Source: Paraspadella gotoi
Taxonomy: Eukaryota; Animalia; Chaetognatha
NCBI GenBank assembly: GCA_051294375.1
Contig: CM119268.1
Coordinates: 7,369,405 to 7,433,404 of the forward strand
Direction: 5' to 3'
Length of the DNA stretch: 64,000 bases
Shown piece by piece: positions 26,765 through 41,045 of the stretch. A model generated the notes under the pieces. It saw only the letters and a list, made by a program, of their open reading frames with translations, did no database searches and had not been told where the DNA came from. A program made the translations under genes and the position numbers. Numbering within the stretch: the first letter of the stretch is position 1; every line of letters begins with the position of its first letter.

Positions 26765-26789
26765 NNNNNNNNNNNNNNNNNNNNNNNNN
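26765..26789. other. Assembly gap of exactly 25 N; same length at 28874-28898, 32314-32338, 38262-38286, 39447-39471, 42123-42147 and 45845-45869
   Basis: N runs counted directly. Other gaps (11952-12136, 12374-12791, 12853-12862, 27179-27376, 27675-27684, 33075-33283, 33479-33724, 62835-62980) have other sizes. Confidence 0.95.
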
Positions 26790-26863
26790 AATCCCAATTT
26801 TCTCAGTCGATAAATGTTCATAACTGTAATTAAAATAGATTTATGCTTCGAAACTAGCGCGAG

Positions 26864-26878
26864 GATGACGACGACGAC

Positions 26879-26943
<65 letters not shown>

Positions 26944-26950
26944 CGACGAT
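26864..26950. repeat. (GAC)n/(GAT)n microsatellite
   Basis: Read directly. Gives the spurious poly-Met ORF. Confidence 0.93.
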
Positions 26951-27817
26951 GATTATACTCTCAAAAATTATTGTTTTTACTCTCCAGGAAGCATTTTTTT
27001 TAAAGATTTTAAACGTCATGTAAAAATAGGCGTAAACATTTTCAAACAAACAAAAGTAAAATAGCCAAAAACGCTAAATGTAAAGTACAATTCGAAAAGG
27101 CCACCCACCAATTCTCTTAAAAAATACAAATCTGGAACTTGTCTCACTTAAAAGATTTTTCCAAAATTAATAATATCTNNNNNNNNNNNNNNNNNNNNNN
27201 NNNNNNNNNNNNNNNNNNNNNNNNNNNNNNNNNNNNNNNNNNNNNNNNNNNNNNNNNNNNNNNNNNNNNNNNNNNNNNNNNNNNNNNNNNNNNNNNNNNN
27301 NNNNNNNNNNNNNNNNNNNNNNNNNNNNNNNNNNNNNNNNNNNNNNNNNNNNNNNNNNNNNNNNNNNNNNNNNNNNGGGGGGAGTCACAGTTTCGTGTTA
27401 TCTCGAACAAATATTTTCTTTGAAAAGTTTTTTTCCCCCGTTGTAAAAATTATTCACATGAAAACCAGATGCAAAAAAGGCGTTTTGACCTATCGAAGTC
27501 TGAAATAAAGGGAGGAGGTAATAATAGCTCGTGTGTTAGGTGTGCTTTCGGGATGGCATAGTTGGAAAGGGCGTTGGTTTAAAAGTGTGGTTCTGCTTGT
27601 GGAACAATTTTTTTTCCGTTTCTCGTTGTGAAGGTTTTTGTGGTGGTGCTTGTTGTAGGTAAAGCAGACACAGANNNNNNNNNNGAGAGAGAGAGAGAGA
27701 GAGTCTCTTGGATAACACGTCAATGACGAAGGAAAACAGAAAGGTGTTGCATAGTTGGCTTGGCACAGAAGTGATTACAGAGTGATATCCGAGAAAACAA
27801 AAAGAGAATCATTTCCG

Positions 27818-30102
27818 TCAACTAATTCGAAAAACAAAAACAAAAACCAAAACATTGACGAAGGTTCACTCACCAATTCGGCCTCATCTCCGGTGAAGTA
27901 AACCGCCATTTTGAATTACTTTGTAGTTTCCACCCTTCGTGGGAAGAGATCCTCTTTTTTTGTTTTCTTTTATGTCGCGTGTGTTTTTTGTTGTTGTTTT
28001 TTTTTGTTTTTTTCGATCGATTTTGTTTTATCCTTTATTCCGATTGAGCTTCTGGTCCTGATTCATTTCGCGTCGAGTTTTTATCTTCACTTCGGATTTC
28101 GATTCCCTCCAAAATTTCTTGATTAAAACCAAATTTTTTGTGATTCGTTTTTTTTTCTAGGTATTTTTTATCCCAAAAAACAACAGAAATTTTTTTTTAT
28201 ACGAATTCCTCAAAGTTAGTTTGCGTTATTTTTTTTGTATAATTTTTTATATCCTTAGTTTTTATTTTTATTTTTTTTTTTGCCTTTCGTTGCCAGCTTC
28301 GAGAATCACAGCTTTAGCTGCCCATAAAAAATATCCAAACTTTATTTTTTTCGGGAGAATGCAGATAGTTTTTTTTTTATTAAAAAAAAAATACGTAAGT
28401 ATATATTTTACAATGAAAGTCTGCAGCGGTTTTTAATGTATGTAATATTGCGTCGGTGATTAATTAATTTAATTAAGTAGAATTGTTCTGACGAAACAGA
28501 ATTATTATGATTGCGATCCTTTTTCTTGACGATATATTTCGTTTTAAACGAGTTTAGTTAAATTTTGTTTTTTCGCAACGCGGAACAAACGACACAAGAG
28601 TTAAACACGCACCAAAATAAAACAAATGGTCAACAAACGGTTACAACGAACAAGTGGAGCAATAATACTGCGGCTAAATATCGTGTGTTAATTGTTTGTT
28701 TATATGATAAGGTGTTTTTTTGTTGTTGTTGTTGTTGTTGTTTTTTTTTATTGGTCGAACGAAGTATCACTTTATCGACGGTTGTTGAAGATGCTGAAAT
28801 ACATTAATGAAAATTTAATCAAATAAATTAGCGAGTTAACTTTGAATCCTTCATTGGAAGAATCCTAAAATGCNNNNNNNNNNNNNNNNNNNNNNNNNGT
28901 AGAGAGAGAGACGGAGAGTATCAGAGAGAGAGAGAGAGAATGGCATTTACTAGATTCTTACAAGAAGGATTCAAAGTTAACTCTGCTATTTATTTATGAT
29001 TAAATTTTATAATGTATTTTCAGCATCTTCAACAACCGTCGATATAAGTGATTACTTCGTCGTTAGCTAATAGAAAAAAAAAACAAACAAGCAATCAACA
29101 ACAAAAAACACCTTAGTCATTATAAACAAACAATTAACACACGAATTTAGCCGCGCATATTATTGCTTCACTTGTTCGTTGTAACCGGTTTGTTGACCAT
29201 ATATGATGTTTATTGTCGGTGCGTGTTTTTAACATGCATTGTTGGTCGTTGTTTCCGCGTTGACGAAAAAAAAGCAAAATTTAAACTAAACTCTAAGTTT
29301 AAAACGAAATATAGGTCGTCAAGAAAAAGCCCGAATCGCAATCTAAATTATATCTGTTTAATCTCCAGAACATTCTACTTAATTAAATTAATTAATCAAA
29401 TCCGACGCAATTTACATACATTAAAAAAACCGCTCAGACTTTTCATTGTAAAATACTATACTTCGTAATTTTTTTTTAATAAAAAAAAAACTATCCTCCA
29501 TGTATGCTCCGAAAAGAAAATAAATGGTTTGGCATATTTTTTCCGAGTGGGCAGCTAAAGGCTGTGATGTCTCGAGCTGCAACGAAAGCAAAAAAAAAAA
29601 TAAAAATAAAAACTAAGGATATAAAAAAGGATTAATACAAAAAAAAAACGCAAACGTAACTTTTGAGGAATTCGTGATATAAAGAGATAAAAAATTTCTG
29701 TTGTTGTTTGGTCGACCGGGCCCGATAAAAAAACTACACTAGAAAAAAAAACGACCATCACAAAAATTTTTGGTTTTAATCAAGGAAATTTTGGAGGTGA
29801 AATCGACAATCGATAGTGAAATAAACAACTCGACGCGAACATGAGGATCGGACGCAGTAACAATGCTCAATCGGAATAAAGGATAAAACAAATATGCGAT
29901 CGAAAAAAACTAAAAAAAAACAAACACAAAAAACACACGCGACATAGAAAGAAACAAAAGAGGATCATCTTCGCACGAAGGGTCGGAAACTACAAAGTAA
30001 TTCAATGGCGGTTTTACTTCAGCCGGAAGATGAGGCCGAATTGGGTGGAGTGAACCGTTAGTCAATGTTTTGGTTTTTGTTTTGTTTTTCGAATTTAGTT
30101 GA
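27818..30102. repeat. ~1.1-kb inverted duplication around a 25-N gap (arms 27818-28873 and ~28943-30102)
   Basis: The second arm is the indel-rich reverse complement of the first (e.g. ctttgaatccttc vs gaaggattcaaag; attcggcctcatc vs gatgaggccgaat). It is bounded by (AG)n/(CT)n tracts. Confidence 0.9.
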
Positions 30103-31094
30103 TCTCTCTCTCTCTCTCTCTCTCTCTCACCTTCAAAGTGGTCTTTCCAATGTAATCGGACGAGCTTGTTTCTTTCTGATGGGATTCTTTTTAGTGTTGT
30201 CTTCAGGTTTTTTACGTGTTGTCTTCTTAGATCTTGGTGGTTTTCGTTGTTGTCTTCTTAGATTCCTTTTTCCTTTTCTTTCACGATGATTGATCTTGTT
30301 TTTCTTCACTTTTTTCTCGAATTATCGTATCCGATCTAAAAAGAACCAAAAAAAAAAAAAAGATAAGAGGGAGTTAAGAAAAATCACTGAGATATTTAAA
30401 AAAAAACAAAAGGCGCTGCATCAAAGAATCATCATCGCATAGCAAATACTAAATTAGGCTGCAGAGATATAAATATAATTTTGTCATTTTATGTTTTGTT
30501 TCGTTTCTGTTTTTTTTTTCTTGTTTCGTTTCTATCATTTAATTTCGTTCTTCGACCTCATCTCTCCTTTGATCGAGCGAGAAAAAGGATTAGAATGAAT
30601 CGCGAAGAAAATTCTGCGGAGGCGAAAAAGGGATTTGGTCGAACCTCACCTCACCTCACCTCTCCCATTAAGCCCAGCCTTACCCACATTCAACTTTCCA
30701 GTTTTCTCATTCTTGATGCGTTATTTTGTTAATTTTAGACTAGTATTTTCTGGTCGTAATAGTTTTTAATTGTGTTAATTTTATTCAAACTCATTTTTTT
30801 AATATTTATCTTAATAACTGTATTATTTTCTTCTTTTTTTTTCTAATTTTTTCTTTATTTCTTTCTCTCTTTCTTTCTTTTTTTCTTTCTCTATTTTCTC
30901 TCCGAGGTCTGTATCTTGTCAGATTCTTTGCTTCGTTGCTTCATTTTTTTTTTATTGAAAAATTGCGATATTACGTAAAAAAAATAATGCAATACAATAT
31001 AATTTTTTTTTTATAAAACGTAGAAATTTAAAAATAATATAAAAATGTAAAAAATTATTAGCTTGTCTGAGAGCAGCAGAGTAGAAGAGAGAGC

Positions 31095-31134
<40 letters not shown>

Positions 31135-32523
31135 AAGAGAGAGAGAGCACGAGAAGAGGAGCGGATAGGCGGAGAAAAAACTTTGTGAAACGAGTCTAGA
31201 AGCACGAAGTAGGAATGCTCATTGGGGCGGGATGGGGGGGAGAATAAAACACGAGATAAAATCCATCTTCGTTTTTTCTCCCCCCCCTCTTTTAGTCTTC
31301 TAGGCGAAGGGGGGAGGACAGTAATTGAATTAATTGATTGCAGACTTTGATGCAAAGATCAGTTTCACCGAAAAACGCGACTTGCCATTAGTCATTCTTG
31401 TTGTTGTCGTCGTCGGCGGTCGTCTTTTTTTATATTAACAGACGAATAACTAAAAATGTAAGAAATGAATGCCAAAGAAATTAAATTATTGCAGGGAATT
31501 TGAAAAATGATGAAATAAAGAAAGCTTATTTATTACAACAACTTACCAAAATTTTAGTCGAAAATAAGCATAATAAATATATTAAATTTTAAAGGTAAGT
31601 TTAGATAAGGTTATGAAAAAGATGATACTACATTTCCGATAAATAGAATAATCTAGAAATGAAAAAAAAGTGTACGGCAGCGTGCAATTAAGTTTTCGTT
31701 GAAACTAGTCCAAAAATTATCCATCGCATGTTTTTAAACTTGACCGGAAGATTCACCAGAACGAAAGTCAGCGAAGACGACGCTTCAAAATTCACTAAAA
31801 AAAAAAAAGTTTGCTGCTGAAAGCGGAGCGGCTTCGAGCTGAAGTCGACAAAGGATTCACGAAAACATTTCACCAAAGAAAGAATAGAACGGAAGTTATA
31901 AGAATAAAGAAGAATTTCAGTAAAGCAAAAAAGAAAAAAGCAAGGCAGAGCGAGAGGACGCAGCATGGAAGATGAGAGAGAGAGAGATGTAATGATGAGA
32001 GAAGATCGACAAGAGAGAGACTGAGCAGACGAGATGAGAGATGGAGAGAGACGAGCCAAGAGAGCAGAAGAGCAGGCACTATTGAGAAGAGAGAGAGACG
32101 CAGAAAAGGCATAAAAAAATGATCAAACTACAAGCGGTTAGCAGAATGGATGATTGCAGATTGTACTTGGATGTGAGAGATGATGTATCGATTGGGAGTG
32201 TAATTGTCGAGGAGGAGGCAGGCAGGACGGAATAAATATGCATTGCTAGGGATGCAGTCATAAGGGAAGTAAAATACGCAAATGAATTATAACTTTACCT
32301 CTTCTCTTCTTTTNNNNNNNNNNNNNNNNNNNNNNNNNAAAATTTAAGAGCTGGCGAATGGCGAAGCGGGAGGAAGAGGAGGAGGAGGAGGATGAGGAGG
32401 AGGATGATGAGGAGGAGGAGGAGAGATGACAAACATGATGACGGAAAAGTCTGAAACACGAATTCTGTGACTGTGAAGTCGACGATATTTTTAGATCACG
32501 AGAAAACGATGGCGATGTTGGGA

Positions 32524-32582
<59 letters not shown>

Positions 32583-32787
32583 TTTTCTTGTTGTTGTTGA
32601 TGTGTTGTTATTATTGTTTTGTTGTTGTTGTTTGGTTGTTGTTGTTGTTGTTATTGTTTTATTGTTGTTGTTATTGTTTTATTGTTGTTGTTATTGTTGT
32701 AATATTGATATCGACGACGACGAAGACTTTTTGTTATTGTTGTTGTTGTCGGCGAAATAAGAAAAAAGAAAGCATAAAAGAAAAAAA

Positions 32788-32819
<32 letters not shown>

Positions 32820-34644
32820 AAATTTAAAGAAACCAATAAAAAAGATGACAATATCGCCGAATCACTCAATCACAAAGCCGGTGACATTAACACCTCAGCT
32901 CCGTAGAGCGAAAAATAAAAAAAAACTTTTTTTTTTGGTCGGAATCAAGAATTCTCGGAATTTCTTTGGATTTCCATCGCGATTTCATTCATTGGAATCT
33001 TGATGGGGCCGAACCTCCGAGTCAGTGTCAACAAAAGAGCATCGGAGACAGAGATTTAAGCAGAGGGATAGAGANNNNNNNNNNNNNNNNNNNNNNNNNN
33101 NNNNNNNNNNNNNNNNNNNNNNNNNNNNNNNNNNNNNNNNNNNNNNNNNNNNNNNNNNNNNNNNNNNNNNNNNNNNNNNNNNNNNNNNNNNNNNNNNNNN
33201 NNNNNNNNNNNNNNNNNNNNNNNNNNNNNNNNNNNNNNNNNNNNNNNNNNNNNNNNNNNNNNNNNNNNNNNNNNNNNNNNNNNNCCCCCCCTCAGAAAAA
33301 AAGTAAACCCGGGAGCCGAGAAAACAGGTGGCCAATTCGGAAAAGGGAAAGAAAATTGAAAATAAAAAAAAAAGAGTGAAAATCAGTGAAGGAGTTTCGG
33401 GTCGTCGTCGATCGGAACATTAATCACTGGGAGCGAGTGAAACGTTGGCGACGATTAAATGACGAAAGGGTCAACGACNNNNNNNNNNNNNNNNNNNNNN
33501 NNNNNNNNNNNNNNNNNNNNNNNNNNNNNNNNNNNNNNNNNNNNNNNNNNNNNNNNNNNNNNNNNNNNNNNNNNNNNNNNNNNNNNNNNNNNNNNNNNNN
33601 NNNNNNNNNNNNNNNNNNNNNNNNNNNNNNNNNNNNNNNNNNNNNNNNNNNNNNNNNNNNNNNNNNNNNNNNNNNNNNNNNNNNNNNNNNNNNNNNNNNN
33701 NNNNNNNNNNNNNNNNNNNNNNNNATTCACCGGAAAAAAAAGTTTTTACCTTTTTGTCGAAGTCGATTTGAAGAACTGTCCGGAGCTGGACTTTGAATTC
33801 GTCAAACCTGATTGGAAACGAGAGATAAGTGATAAAAGTGAGAGGCGATAAGTGATAAATGTGATAAGTGTTATCCCGACGGCCGAGCCCGTTACAGGGA
33901 AGATACTTTTCCAATAACTAATACGGGAAAACTCCTCGGCTCTGTAGGTTTTAATTTTTAAAAAGGCCGAGGCCCGAGAGGCAAACCATATTCTTTAAAA
34001 AAATATTCGCCAAATACACTCACAGTCTCACACACAGACTTTATTGACAAACAGGAAAACCGAGAGAAATTCCGATTCGATCGGCGAATAAAAACGTTGA
34101 ATTAGATTTTAGCCGATCGAGATAAACGATTCTCGACTCGATCGCTTTCGTTTCTCTCTCACCTCGAAATCGAATTTCGTCGCCAAGATCGAGCTGCTCT
34201 TTTGTTTCTTAATTTTTTGTTGTTTTTTTTTCGTTGTGAAAACCCAAACAAAGCTAAAGCGAAATTTTCGTGAATCGATTTTGTGACAAAAAAAGAACTA
34301 ATTCCTCATTTCGTAGGCGAAGTAATGAGAAAAAAAATAATCGGTCCTTTTTTGAGAGATTTTTTTTTATTTCACTTTTTTCCCCGCTAGATGTCTCCTT
34401 AGGCGGCGTTCACCCCCGGACGACTGGAAGGAGACTGAGAGTGAGAGAGTGAGAGAGAGAGAGATATTTGAAAAGAAGAAGGAGAAGAGGAGGAGGAAGA
34501 AGAAAAAGAAAGTTTGAGAGTCGAATCGTTAACGTCACGAGGAAAAGAAAGAGGGATCGAGACGTGAGAGTCGACTCCTTGACGTCGCCGGTGAAAGTGG
34601 AAAATGGGAACGGGAGGGCAGAGTAACACCCAGTACGGTAGTGC

Positions 34645-34739
<95 letters not shown>

Positions 34740-36158
34740 CGTAGAAGATTTGGCCATTACTCAGCGGATGAAGACAAAAAAAGGGAAAATGCGATTAAAA
34801 TTAAAAAAAAAGTCGAAATTGTCAAAAGAAATTGAAAGGTTGAAAAGTAGAGAGGAAGGAAACAAGGAGGGGGTGAAACCTGCGCCTTTCTTAAGTTATA
34901 TTATTAATGTTATTATTACTTTGAATTGAATTGTTGCACGATACTCGATGCCGTGAGAGCTGGTTTTAATTAGGCTTTTTCCTGTGACTCGTTCTTTTTC
35001 ATTGATCGAAAGATAATATTTCAATAATTAAATTGTAAGTCAACTCATTATTCAATATTCACATTTAGCTTTTTACCGCGGAAAATATGAATTACGTAAA
35101 CTTTTCTGTCATAAATAAAAGAAAAATATGATTTATCGGTAAACAAATCTTTAAACAGATTTAACGGTCTACTTCGACAATCACGGCAACAACATTTTTA
35201 ATTGCTGTCGTTCCAGATGGATACTCTTTATAAAAGAATCATTTTCAAAAATTTAATTTAATATAATTTTTTTTCCCGACAAAAATGAAGTAAAACATAA
35301 TCGATTCGAAATCTCCGACTAATATCATCATCAACCGTAATTCAAATCTTCCCGCGCTTTTTCTTATCTTCCGGTCGCCACGCCCTTTTTCAAAGATACT
35401 CACCGTATTTACGAGATCGTATCGTTTTATTTTTCTTTCAGTGCCTGATGTTCTTCTGTTTCCTCGTCGGATTTTTGAGACGTGAGCAAATTTCCTTTTT
35501 CTCTTTTTCGCGCGCGTAAGTTGAAAATATGTATTGGGTGATTGGAAAAATCTATCGATTTTGTTTCTAAATTAATTGACTCTGATTCTAAGATCTAAAT
35601 ATAGCGAGAGTGATCACGATAAAAAATGTCGCCCTTGATTGATTTTTGTCTCGAGTCAAACGTTGACTTTCGGAGAACCAAAAAAAAAAGGCTTATTTTA
35701 TCTTTCCTCGCTCGATCTTTCGTTATTTTCTCTCTTTTCCGAGAAATGATTCCTTTTCACTCGCGTTCGTTTTCGTCTTGCTCTTTTGTTTGTCGTTCCC
35801 TTCGTGATCCGGTACGAACGTCGGACGTCACCTGCAAAAAAAAAAAAGGATTATCTTTAATGCCGCACAACGAAAAGGGTTAAATATTATAACTATATTA
35901 TATTGCATTAATGCACATTAACATTGACGAATGTTCTAAAGACACGATGAAATGTCACTGCGATCGACTCTGCGGAGGTCGTGACACTTTTTTTCTGAGG
36001 AATTAAAATCGTTTTATTCGCGACTTATCTTCTTAATCACAACAAATTTTGAGAAAAAAAAATTGAATCGTGATTCACTCTGAAAGTCTTCGTTAATCTA
36101 CTCTTCATCTCCGTGAGTTGTACGAGTTTTTTGTGATTAGAAGTTTGGAAAATTAGAA

Positions 36159-36190
<32 letters not shown>

Positions 36191-36344
36191 AGAGAAAGAA
36201 AGAAACGAGGAGAACAGAGCAAAGAGAAAGTTAGAAAAGAAAGGAAGAAAGATAGAGAAGAAAGATAGAAATAGAAAGAAAGAAGAAAGAAAGATAGATA
36301 GACATTGATAGAAGAAAAGAAAGAAAGGAAAAGAAAGAAAGAAA

Positions 36345-38790
36345 GATAAGAAAGATAGAAAAAAAGAAAAGATAGAAATAAAGATGCCACAACATAGTAA
36401 AGAGTTAAAACTAAGTCAGGAAGAGAGAGGAGATAATTCAGAATTTATTACAACACTAGAGAAAGGGAGAGGGGGGAAAATAATCATTGGACACGAAAGA
36501 CAAATAAACTTGGAAGAATGAAAAAAAAATACAAGAATATACAAAAATTCTATTAAGGCGGATGCATCGACATTGAAAGAATATTAGCGTATACTATGCG
36601 CAATCCGGAATCTGGACTCCTCTGAAAAGACTCGCAGAAATTTTTAGTTCGTGTACGGAATCACATCTACTCCTCTTACTATTGTAAGACATATATATGC
36701 AATTTTTTGTTTTTTATTTTTTTAATTTTAGCGATCTAACGAATTATATGGGTCAATAGATACTCCCGAAAAATAGTCTAGAGGGGTAATCATGGACTAA
36801 TTCACTTTCCCAGTGTCGGTCTCAAACTCTAATAGAATTTCAACCTAAAAAAGAACGTCAATCCGCAACAATAGATCAAGGACATTTAATGAAATATTTA
36901 AAAAAAGTGTTATTAAATTATTAGTATGATGAGGGAGCCACACACTCCTATTCTAAAACGCAATTTCAAAAAAGCGAAAACCGAAATTTAAATATAAGTT
37001 CTTTCATCTTTTTCGCTCTACACTTCATTCCATGTTTTTCAACCCTATCAGGATTCTATTCAAGTTCACATCAGCACTAAAAACGATGCTTTCATTAACT
37101 CATGTACTGGTGGCCCACGAGGTGAATCTCTCTCCTCTTTCACTTCAGATTCTTTCTCTCTCGGGATCTCTCTCTCTCTCTCCTTCTCTCTCCTTCTCTC
37201 CCTCCTTCCCTCTCCTATTCGGGTCTCTCTCTTCTCTGGGTTCTAACTGCTGTTATCGTTGTAACGAAGCACGTCAACCACCGGAGATCAAAAATTTTTT
37301 TATACTCGATGCTCGAATCCTGTTCTTATGAAAAGATTAATATTTCATTCTGTTAACGCTGTTCTTTGCCTGAGAATACGAGAAACTGTCAAGAGGAGCC
37401 GAATGGATAGAGATAGAGAGAGAGAGTGAGAGAGTAGAGAGAAGAGATGAGAGAGACGAGGGAGAGAGAGAGAGAGAGTAGAGGTTTATACAAGAAGAGA
37501 AGGCAAACGACCTATATAAATCCTCGCTCGCGTCTTTTTTCATGTCTTGCTACAGTAGTAGAGATCAGATGAGGTCGAAGGACGCCTGCGAAAGAAACAT
37601 TTTCAATTCTCACGAAAGCTTGAGGTTTCTTATTTTGTCTAAATATGAGTTCAGAATAAAGTGTAAAATTCTACCGAGTGTAGTGATCAAACACGAGATT
37701 CGGTGGGGTGGGGCAGCGTCCGAGAGACGCGAGGGGGTAAGATAGTGGTGACGGTTGGCATATTCGAATGGATGGAGATGACTTGGCGAGGTAAATGACT
37801 ATCGGACAGACTAGTAGGGATTATGAGATGTGAAAGCAGAGAGAGAGAGAGAGTAGCGAGTAGAGAGATGCGAAGAGAGAGAGATGAGAGAAGAGAGGAG
37901 AAGAAAGAGACGAAGAAGTAAGAGAGAGAGGACGAGAGAGAGCAGAGAGAAGAAGAGGGCTTTCCTATATGTTAAACACGCATTAACATAATCTATAAGA
38001 GGGCCACACCTAGAGGATGGCAAACGCTGGAGTTCTTTTCACAGAGGTTCACAAAATACCTATGTAAGGAGGGTGGTTGTGTTAATATCTAATTTACCTA
38101 AGATTTGTTGCACCTATTTGCCCGAAAAACGAGACTCTTTCGAGGCCGGAAGGTCTAAAGGCAGAAACAGCACCATTGTGTTGTTAGGACCTGGCTAAAG
38201 TATCAGATGGAGGAGGAGACTGGAAAGTACCTTTTAAGCAGTTTAAAAAGAACCCTAGTAGNNNNNNNNNNNNNNNNNNNNNNNNNGAAAGATAGAAAGA
38301 TAGAAAAAAAGAAAGATAGAAATAAAGATGCCAACGTAAAGTTTAAACTAAGTCAAAGAAGAGAAGAAAAGAAATACAAATAGAGAAAGGGAGAGGGGGA
38401 AAAATTGACAGAAAAGAAAATAACTTGGAAGAATAGAAAAAAAATACAAGAATATACAAAATCTATTAGGGATGTCGACATTAAAGATATATATGAAGAA
38501 ATATCTGGCAATTTTTTTTTTTTTTTTGCATCTAATATGCATAGTATTTCCGAAAATAATTGGGGTATAACTTTTATTTCACTAAAACGTCATGAGATAA
38601 GATCAAGGACATAGAATATTATGAAAAATCATAAATGAAAAACTATTTCTAAAACGAATTTCAAAGCGAAACCGAAATTGAATAAAGTTTTTCATCTTTT
38701 TCGCTCTCATCCTGTTTTCACTATCGATTCTATTCAATTTCACATCCACTAAAAACATCTTCAATTCTCATTTCTGGTGGGCAGAGGGTG

Positions 38791-38827
<37 letters not shown>

Positions 38828-38868
38828 ATCTTCTGGTGGCAGAGGGGTGAATCTCTCTCCTCTCTCTC

Positions 38869-38923
<55 letters not shown>

Positions 38924-39096
38924 ATCTCTCTCTCTCTCGTTTCGTTGTAACGAAGAGGTCACCGCAGTTCAAATTTTTTTTTTACTCGTGCTAATCTGTT
39001 ATGAAGATTATTTCATTTTGTTACGTTCTATTGCCTGAATGACAGAACTCAGAGCGAATGAGAGAGAGAGAGAGACAGAGAGAGAGGAGGGAGAGA

Positions 39097-39148
<52 letters not shown>

Positions 39149-39347
39149 CGCTTCCTGTGTCTATTCAGGTCAACGCCTCGAAAAAAACGAAATGATTCAT
39201 TTTTAAAATATAAAAAATGTAAAACTCGAGTTAAAAAAACATCGAGATTCGTGGGGGGGGGGCAGGGGGGGGGTAAGGGGGGCGTGCAAGAATGATGGAA
39301 GATGAATTCGGTTATAATGATTCGACGGACAGAACAGAGGGAAAGAA

Positions 39348-39422
<75 letters not shown>

Positions 39423-39710
39423 AGAACGAAGAGAGAGAGAGAGAGANNNNNNNNNNNNNNNNNNNNNNNNNAGAGAGAGAGAGAGAGAGGGCTTTATGAA
39501 ACCAATTTTAAGAGGCCCCACCTAGAGGATGGCAAACTGGATTCTTCACAGGGCAAAAAAACTTGTAGGAGTTTGTGTAAACAATCCAAGATTTTCCCCG
39601 AAAAACGAGACCCTTTCGAGCGGAAGGTCTAAAGGCAGAACGACCTGGAAAGACCTGGTAGTATTGAGAGAGACCTGGAAGTACCTTTTAAGAGTTTAAA
39701 AGACCTAGAA
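36345..39710 (+). repeat. Direct duplication across a 25-N gap (noisy 36345-38261; clean 38287-39710)
   Basis: Shared anchors: gatagaaataaagatgcca, gatcaaggacat, cacctagaggatggcaaac, ggaaggtctaaaggcagaa, gtaccttttaag. The first copy is inflated by insertions. Confidence 0.88.
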
Positions 39711-41005
39711 AGACCTGTAAAGAGTTTGGTTAAGACCTGGAAAAGGAAAGTTTTGAAAGGTCCGGAGATCTCCAGATTGACTCGTCAAAAAGTTCCGCAA
39801 AGAGAAGACGACTTGGAAAACAATCGAAGAGAGAGAAAAAGTTGTACCAGGCACGAAAAGACTTCTGGAAATTCCTGGGAAAGAAGCTCCGGGGGACCGC
39901 CATCCGAAATTGTCCGGAAAGAACCCCCCCGCGGGTAAGTTGGCTAAAAGGTAAGTTCGTTACGAGAGAAATAAAGATCGACGCATGACGAGTCGACCTT
40001 TCTGCCCCCCCCCCCGCACTAAACTGGGACGGGAATCCGATTACGAAAGAGGGGTGAGTTCCCTTACAATTTACTCACCTTCTTGTTTTGGTAGTTTTCC
40101 TCGGAACTTTTCCCCGTTTCCTTTTTTTTTCTCTCCTCCGTCGCCTTTGGTCAATCGTTGGAATTCGAGGCGATGTTCTTTTATTTTTATTCCTTTTGTT
40201 TTTACTTTTCGAGTCGGCCGTCCGGCGTCCTCAGTGGGCGTGAATAGAATAGGTCGACACGGAAACAACAGATATAAATAAATGTAAAAATTTCTTTTTT
40301 CTTTTTTTCTTAAACTGTTTTATTGTTTTGTTCCGTTTTACGATATTAGATTAAAAACAGTGTCGACAATCAACGACGGCCTTGACTGTTTGGTGACTGT
40401 TTTTTTTTTCTGACGAAATTTTCGTCGCAAAAAAATCCGTATGTAGTTAAACGTTTTTTTAAAAGTTTGTCTTTATAAAATTTCTCGATTTCTTAATTCT
40501 TTTCTTTCCCTTTTTAAAGTTGTTAAATTCCTTTTTCTTTTATTTTTGAGAATGACGAGGCAAAAGTTTTTTCCCTTAAAATTCGATGGATGAATTTTTT
40601 GGTCGCGGCGTCCTTTCAAACTTTAAGGGGATGATGATCTCTGCAAAAGAAAAATGAGAAAAAAGGTTAGGCGAAAAAAGAATATGACCCTGTGAATTCT
40701 GAAATAAAAACATTTAAGTATGTACATTAATCGGCTTGTGATTTTAATATAAGGCTAAAGCCGACTCAAATGATTTCTCCAAGCTTTTCAAACTTTTAGA
40801 GGTCGAAAAACTTTGTCAATCAAATTTTATTCCCCACTGTGTTCATCTGCTATTATTCTCTATCCTTTTTTTTTTCCGCTCTCTCTCACTTATTTCTCAT
40901 CCTACTTTCTCTCTCTCTCTTTCTCTCCAGCGCACAACAATCTTTCTCTCTCTCTCTCACTCTCTCTCGTCCTCTGGGACACACATCTTCTCTCCTACTC
41001 TCTCG

Positions 41006-41045
<40 letters not shown>

